A model generated the notes under the pieces. That model saw nothing but the letters and a program-made list of their open reading frames with translations, was not told the DNA's origin and made no database searches. Source: Candidatus Geohabitans tengchongensis (GTDB lineage: Bacteria > Sysuimicrobiota > Sysuimicrobiia > Sysuimicrobiales > Humicultoraceae). Taken from it: DNA of 40,503 nucleotides. The translations under genes and the position numbers were made by a program. The DNA is taken from NCBI GenBank assembly GCA_031459625.1, contig JAVKIH010000021.1, forward strand, positions 1 through 40,503, written 5' to 3'. This document shows positions 36,391-40,503 of this stretch, piece by piece. Position 1 is the first letter of the stretch. The number at the start of each line of letters is the position of its first letter.

Positions 36391-37179
36391 ATGCTCGCGG
36401 TGAACAACATCGAGGTCGTCTACTGGGGGACCATCCTCGTCCTCAAGGGGGTCTCCCTGACCGTCCCCGCCGGCCGGATCACCGCCCTCATCGGGGCGAA
36501 CGGCGCCGGCAAGACCACGACCCTCAAGGCCATCTCGGGGCTCGTCCGGCTGGAGCGGGGTGAGGTGACCCGCGGGGCGATCGAGTTCGAGGGGCGGCGC
36601 ATCGAGAACCGCCTGCCCGAGGAGGTGGCCCGCCTGGGCATCGTCATGGTGCGCGAGGGGCGCCGCCTCTTCGAGGAGCTGAGCGCGGAGGAGAACCTGC
36701 TGGTGGGCGCGGCCCTGCACCGCGGCGCGCGGGCACGCGAGGGCCTCGAGCTCGTCTACACGTACTTCCCGCGCCTGCGCGAGCGCCGGCGCGTGCGCGC
36801 GGGCTACCTCTCCGGCGGGGAGCAGCAGATGCTGGCCATCGGCTGCGCCATGATGGCCCGCCCGCGCCTGCTCCTCCTCGACGAGCCCAGCCTGGGTCTG
36901 GCGCCCATCGTGGCCCGGGAGATCTTCGAGCTGGTGCGCCGCCTCAACGCGCAGGAAGGCGTGACGATCCTCCTGGTCGAGCAGAACGCCCACATGGCCC
37001 TGCAGCTCGCCACCTACGGCTACGTGATGGAGAACGGCAAGATCGTGCTGGACGGGGCGGCCGAGCGGCTGCGCGAGGACGCCGACGTCAAGGAGTTCTA
37101 CCTGGGGATGAGCCACGCCGGCCGGCGCCGCTACACGGAGGTGAAGAGCTACAAGCGGCGGAAGCGCTGGCTGGCTTGA
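36391..37179 (+). CDS. ABC transporter ATP-binding protein (LivF-like)
   Basis: Motifs LAVNNIEVVY, GANGAGKT, LSGGEQQM, DEPSLGLAP, C-terminal DVKEFYLG...YKRRKRWL. Confidence 0.92.
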   Translation: MLAVNNIEVVYWGTILVLKGVSLTVPAGRITALIGANGAGKTTTLKAISGLVRLERGEVTRGAIEFEGRRIENRLPEEVARLGIVMVREGRRLFEELSAEENLLVGAALHRGARAREGLELVYTYFPRLRERRRVRAGYLSGGEQQMLAIGCAMMARPRLLLLDEPSLGLAPIVAREIFELVRRLNAQEGVTILLVEQNAHMALQLATYGYVMENGKIVLDGAAERLREDADVKEFYLGMSHAGRRRYTEVKSYKRRKRWLA

Positions 37180-37184
37180 GGCCC

Positions 37185-37613
37185 TCAGGGCGTCAGGTGG
37201 AGGAAGGCCAGCCCCGGGTAGCGGTGGAAGTCGGCGTCAAAGGCCACCAGGCGATGGCCCCCCGCGGCGGCGAAGGCCGCCAGGTAGGCGTCCGTCCACT
37301 GCCCTCCGCGCACATCCAGGGATCCGCTCCACTCGGCCAGCCAGACGTCCACCTGGGCGGGCTCCGGGAGGAAGGTCACCCGGGGGAGGGCCAGCAGTGT
37401 GGTCAGCGCCTGCCAGGCCGTCGCACCGTCCAGGGCTGCGTCTCCCAGGAGTCGAGCGTTCGTGAGCAGTCGGAGCAGCGCGAGGGCGGTCGAGCGGCAG
37501 AAGGCAACCTGATCGGCCGCCTCCACCTCCCAATAGCGCCTGGCCCGGGCGTGGTGGACATGGTCGGGGGCCGTCAGCGGGAGCCAGACGCTAACGTCCA
37601 GCAAATCGGCCAT
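37185..37613 (-). CDS. vapC: VapC-family PIN-domain toxin
   Basis: Motifs LLDVSVWL..T..DH.HH..A, WTDAYLAA.A, LVAFDADF. Overlaps the antitoxin gene. Confidence 0.85.
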   Translation of the reverse strand: MADLLDVSVWLPLTAPDHVHHARARRYWEVEAADQVAFCRSTALALLRLLTNARLLGDAALDGATAWQALTTLLALPRVTFLPEPAQVDVWLAEWSGSLDVRGGQWTDAYLAAFAAAGGHRLVAFDADFHRYPGLAFLHLTP

Positions 37614-37863
37614 GACGCTCTTCGTCTTCCTCTTCCTCCAGCCGGTGGAGCTTGGCTCGAGGCAGTGCGGGGATGGGAACGCCCCGAGGAGGGATGATCA
37701 CCGGAGGCGGCCCGTGTCTGACTGAGGTCTCGTCCACAGAAGCCTGGCGTAGCCCCTGCTCGATCAACCGCCTGACGAGCTCCCGTACCGTCAATCCCTG
37801 GATGGCGGCCCTGGCCTTCAGCGTCCTGTAGAGGTCTTCGGGCAGGTCCATGGTGGTTCTCAT
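37591..37863 (-). CDS. vapB: VapB-like antitoxin (ribbon-helix-helix)
   Basis: RHH pattern MRTTMDLPEDLYR.LK.RAA..G.T, acidic tail, directly upstream of the PIN toxin. Confidence 0.8.
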   Translation of the reverse strand: MRTTMDLPEDLYRTLKARAAIQGLTVRELVRRLIEQGLRQASVDETSVRHGPPPVIIPPRGVPIPALPRAKLHRLEEEEDEERHGRFAGR

Positions 37864-37868
37864 CGTGA

Positions 37869-37908
37869 AGGCATCTTCTCATATGAGCATCTTGATGTCA
37901 AGATGCCT
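37869..37908. promoter_or_regulatory. Palindromic operator upstream of vapB
   Basis: Perfect inverted repeat GCATCTTGA-TG-TCAAGATGC (37887-37906), an extra half-site AGGCATCTT (37869-37877), and palindrome CTCATATGAG (37878-37887). Confidence 0.7.
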
Positions 37909-37921
37909 AAGTGCAGAAGCA

Positions 37922-40078
37922 TCAAACTTCCTCTGGCGACCAGGGCACCTCCACCGCCTCCACGGTGCCTTCGTGGACCTCCAGGGCCCAGCGCGTCGCC
38001 TCCCCGTCCCGCCAGGCCTCCAGGTCGAAGCGCGCCCGCCCCAGGCGCAGGCGGGTCAGGCGCAGGCGCGGCAGCCAGGGGGGCAGGGTGGGGTGGAGGA
38101 GGAGGCGCTGGCGCGGGGCGTCGGCGCGCAGCCCCAGGATCATCCGCAGCAGCAGGAAGACCGACCCCGCCGCCCACCCCTGCGGGATGTTCGCCTCCAG
38201 GTACTGCACGGGGAAGGAGCGCGGGCCGCGCGGCAGCCCGGCGAACAGCTCGGGCAGCTGGTGCGACTGGAAGAACGCAGCGGCGTCGAAGATCCCCTGC
38301 GCCACCTGCAGCGCCTCAGCGACGAACCCATACCGCTTGAACCCCAGGGCGATCAGGCTGTTGTCGTGCGGCCAGATGGCCCCCACCTGGTAGGCGAAGG
38401 GGTTGAAGGCGGGGTGGAGGGCGCTGAGGGTGCGGATGCCCCAACCGCTGAACATGTCCGGGGCCATCAGCCGCCGCACCACCCCGCGGGCGTGGTCGGG
38501 GCGGGCGATGGCCGACCAGAGCGCGTGCCCGGCGTTGCTCACCACGCTGCGCACGGGGCGCTTCTCCCCGTCCAGGGCGAAGTAGAAGGTCTCCTCCTCC
38601 GGCCACCAGTAGAACTTGGCGAAGCGCTCGCGCAGCGCCGCCGCCTCCTGCCGCAGCCGCTCGGCGTCGTCCGGGCGCTCCAGGGCCTCGTACAGCTCCG
38701 CCATCCGCCGCTTGGCGTCGTAGACGTAGCCCTGCAGCTCCACGAGCGCCACCGGCGGCTCGACGTTGCTCCCGTCGGCGTGGACCACCCCCTGCCCGGA
38801 GTCCTTCCACCCCTGGTGGCGGATGCCGCGCGGGGAGCGCCGTTTGTACTCCTGGAACCCGTCGCCGTCCAGGTCGCCGTAGCGGTCCACCCAGGCCAGC
38901 GCCCGCTCCGCCACCGGCAGCAGCTCCCGGACCAGGTCGAGGTCGCCGAGCCAGCGGTAGGTCTCGTGCAGAGTGATCAGGTACAGCGGCGTGGCGTCGG
39001 CCGTGCCGTAGTAGGGGGTGTGGGGGATCTCGTGGAAGTGGGCCAGCTCCCCGTGGCGCACCTCGTGCAGGATCTTGCCGGGCTGGGCGTCGCGCCAGTC
39101 GTCCACCGTGGTGGCCTGGAGCGCCCCGAGCTGCCGCAGCACCGCCGGCGCGAACTGGCGGGTGACCGGCAGGGTCTGCAGGCTGATGATCAGGCTGTCC
39201 CGGCCAAACAGCGTGGCGAACCAGGGGATGCCGGCCGCCACCACGGAGTGCTCCACCGGGGAGTCGGCCGCGGTCAGGCGCAGGACGGTGATGTCGTCCA
39301 CCGCCTGCCGGTAGGCGTGGCGCACGTCGTCGTTGGGGGTCTCGCAGCCCGCCACCGAGCGGTACCAGCGGGAGCGGCGCTCCTCCAGCTCGTCCAGCAG
39401 CGTGCCGTGGCAGGTCTCCGGGCCGGGGATGGCCTCCGTCCCCAGGACGGGGATGAGGTGGAGGCAGGCCTGCCACCGCTCCCGGGGGGCCAGGGTCACC
39501 TCCCAGGCCAGGCGCCCCGGCGCGGGGCGGGGCGGGGTGTCGCTGCGCGCCACCACCAGGCGCAGCCCCCGGCGGAAGTCCTCCCGCTCGTAGGTCCAGC
39601 GCAGCTCGGGGCGGCCGCCGTCGGCGGCCACGGTGGCGTGCACCGTCCGCCGGTAGGGGACGTGCAGCCCGCGCACCTCGAAGAGGTCGGCGAAGTCGCA
39701 GGCCGCCTCCACGGCGAAGGGGATCGTCACCGGCCGGGCCCCGTAGTTCAGCAGCTCCAGGTCCTCGTGCACGCCGCCGCGCAGGGTCCGCTCCACGGTG
39801 AGGGCCAGCGTCTGCTGTCGGACGATGCCCTGCGGCGTCTCCAGCCCCGGGTTCACGAAGAAGAGCTGGGCCGAGTAGTGGGTGACGGGGGCCGAGGAGA
39901 CGAGGAGCCAGTTGCGCCGGCCGATGCGGAGCCGGTAGCGGGAGAGCAGGCGGGTGTCCTGGACGAAGAAGCCCTGCTCCTTGCCCGGCTCGATGGAGCC
40001 GTCGGGGGCGGTGACGAAGAGGCTGCTCCCTTCCGCCAGCGCGATGTGCGGCGGGCCGAGCTGGATGCGGACCGGCAT
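37922..40078 (-). CDS. Amylo-alpha-1,6-glucosidase / glycogen debranching enzyme-like protein (GDE N-terminal domain plus (alpha/alpha)6 barrel)
   Basis: Motifs G.F..DTR.LS, DFADLFEVR, AGIPWF.TLFGRD, PGKILHE.R, YYGT.DATPL, QGWKDS, YQ.G.IWPHDN, LPELF, PQGW. Confidence 0.9.
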   Translation of the reverse strand: MPVRIQLGPPHIALAEGSSLFVTAPDGSIEPGKEQGFFVQDTRLLSRYRLRIGRRNWLLVSSAPVTHYSAQLFFVNPGLETPQGIVRQQTLALTVERTLRGGVHEDLELLNYGARPVTIPFAVEAACDFADLFEVRGLHVPYRRTVHATVAADGGRPELRWTYEREDFRRGLRLVVARSDTPPRPAPGRLAWEVTLAPRERWQACLHLIPVLGTEAIPGPETCHGTLLDELEERRSRWYRSVAGCETPNDDVRHAYRQAVDDITVLRLTAADSPVEHSVVAAGIPWFATLFGRDSLIISLQTLPVTRQFAPAVLRQLGALQATTVDDWRDAQPGKILHEVRHGELAHFHEIPHTPYYGTADATPLYLITLHETYRWLGDLDLVRELLPVAERALAWVDRYGDLDGDGFQEYKRRSPRGIRHQGWKDSGQGVVHADGSNVEPPVALVELQGYVYDAKRRMAELYEALERPDDAERLRQEAAALRERFAKFYWWPEEETFYFALDGEKRPVRSVVSNAGHALWSAIARPDHARGVVRRLMAPDMFSGWGIRTLSALHPAFNPFAYQVGAIWPHDNSLIALGFKRYGFVAEALQVAQGIFDAAAFFQSHQLPELFAGLPRGPRSFPVQYLEANIPQGWAAGSVFLLLRMILGLRADAPRQRLLLHPTLPPWLPRLRLTRLRLGRARFDLEAWRDGEATRWALEVHEGTVEAVEVPWSPEEV

Positions 40079-40079
40079 C

Positions 40080-40503
40080 TCAGGCGATCAGCCGCGGCTC
40101 CACAGGGGTCTCCACCAGCGCGCGGTAGACGGCCTCGTACCCGTCGGCCATGTGGCGGACGGTGAAATGCTCCTCCACGTGGCGGCGGCAGGCCTCCCGG
40201 GAGAGCTCCGGGACGCGCCGCACCGCGGCGACCATCTCGTCGATGCTCCGGCAGACGAAGCCGGTCACCCCGTGCGCCACCACCTCGGGCACCGAGCCGC
40301 AGGCCATGGCGATGACCGGGGTACCCGTGGCCATCGCCTCGATCATGGTGATGCCGAACGGCTCGGGCCAGTCGATGGGGAAGAGGTAGGCGTAGGCGTT
40401 GCCGAGGAAGGCGTCCTTCTGCACCTCGTCGATTTCCCCGTGGAGCTCCACCGGCGGGTGGCGGAGCAGGGGCTTGATGGCGTCCTCGTAGTACTCCCGG
40501 TCG
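40080..40503 (-). CDS. Glycosyltransferase family 4, C-terminal part (5'-truncated by window edge)
   Basis: GT4 signature FPIDWPEPFG..MIEAMA.GTPV...GSVPEV...G.TGF. Confidence 0.9.
   Translation of the reverse strand, partial: DREYYEDAIKPLLRHPPVELHGEIDEVQKDAFLGNAYAYLFPIDWPEPFGITMIEAMATGTPVIAMACGSVPEVVAHGVTGFVCRSIDEMVAAVRRVPELSREACRRHVEEHFTVRHMADGYEAVYRALVETPVEPRLIA

Noticed and set aside
34678..37179. 833-aa fusion ORF ending in an ABC ATPase
   Set aside because: The upstream part overlaps the binding-protein gene in another frame. The real ATPase starts near 36391.
1..40503. CRISPR array, rRNA, integrase, transposase or prophage genes
   Set aside because: No regularly spaced repeats or matching protein motifs were seen by eye.

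Overview
This window comes from a very GC-rich bacterial chromosome. A T-box riboswitch together with an RseB/LolA-fold protein suggests a diderm Terrabacteria lineage such as Armatimonadota or CSP1-3 (inference only). Most of it is housekeeping and metabolic, in this order: partial ornithine cyclodeaminase-family gene; complete livKHMGF ABC operon; a minus-strand operon (secreted Cys/His protein, DUF2231-like protein, OmpR-family regulator, HAMP/PAS kinase) preceded by three 11-bp-period direct repeats; tdh-pckA-kbl-moeA-moaC-mog; an HD-GYP protein; tRNA-Ala(GGC). After the tRNA is a ~3 kb, visibly less GC-rich islet with an orphan ThiF enzyme, an intact clan GH-A-like hydrolase and a frameshifted relative. 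Next come a Leu(CUC) T-box controlling ilvE-leuS; comEA; an ECF sigma / ZAS anti-sigma / RseB-like / DUF5666-like / dipeptidase cluster; a pdaD-speE-speB polyamine operon; vanZ-like plus a GH-A-like protein with a degenerate catalytic motif; an orphan livK/livF-like pair; a vapBC module with a palindromic operator; and a debranching enzyme plus partial GT4. The most unusual feature is a diverged second copy of the LeuRS N-terminal half (about 65% identity by hand count, HIGH changed to HVGR). It lies in the same frame as leuS, separated only by the UGA stop, and its homology begins upstream of its first in-frame start codon. No CRISPR array, rRNA, integrase or transposase was seen.
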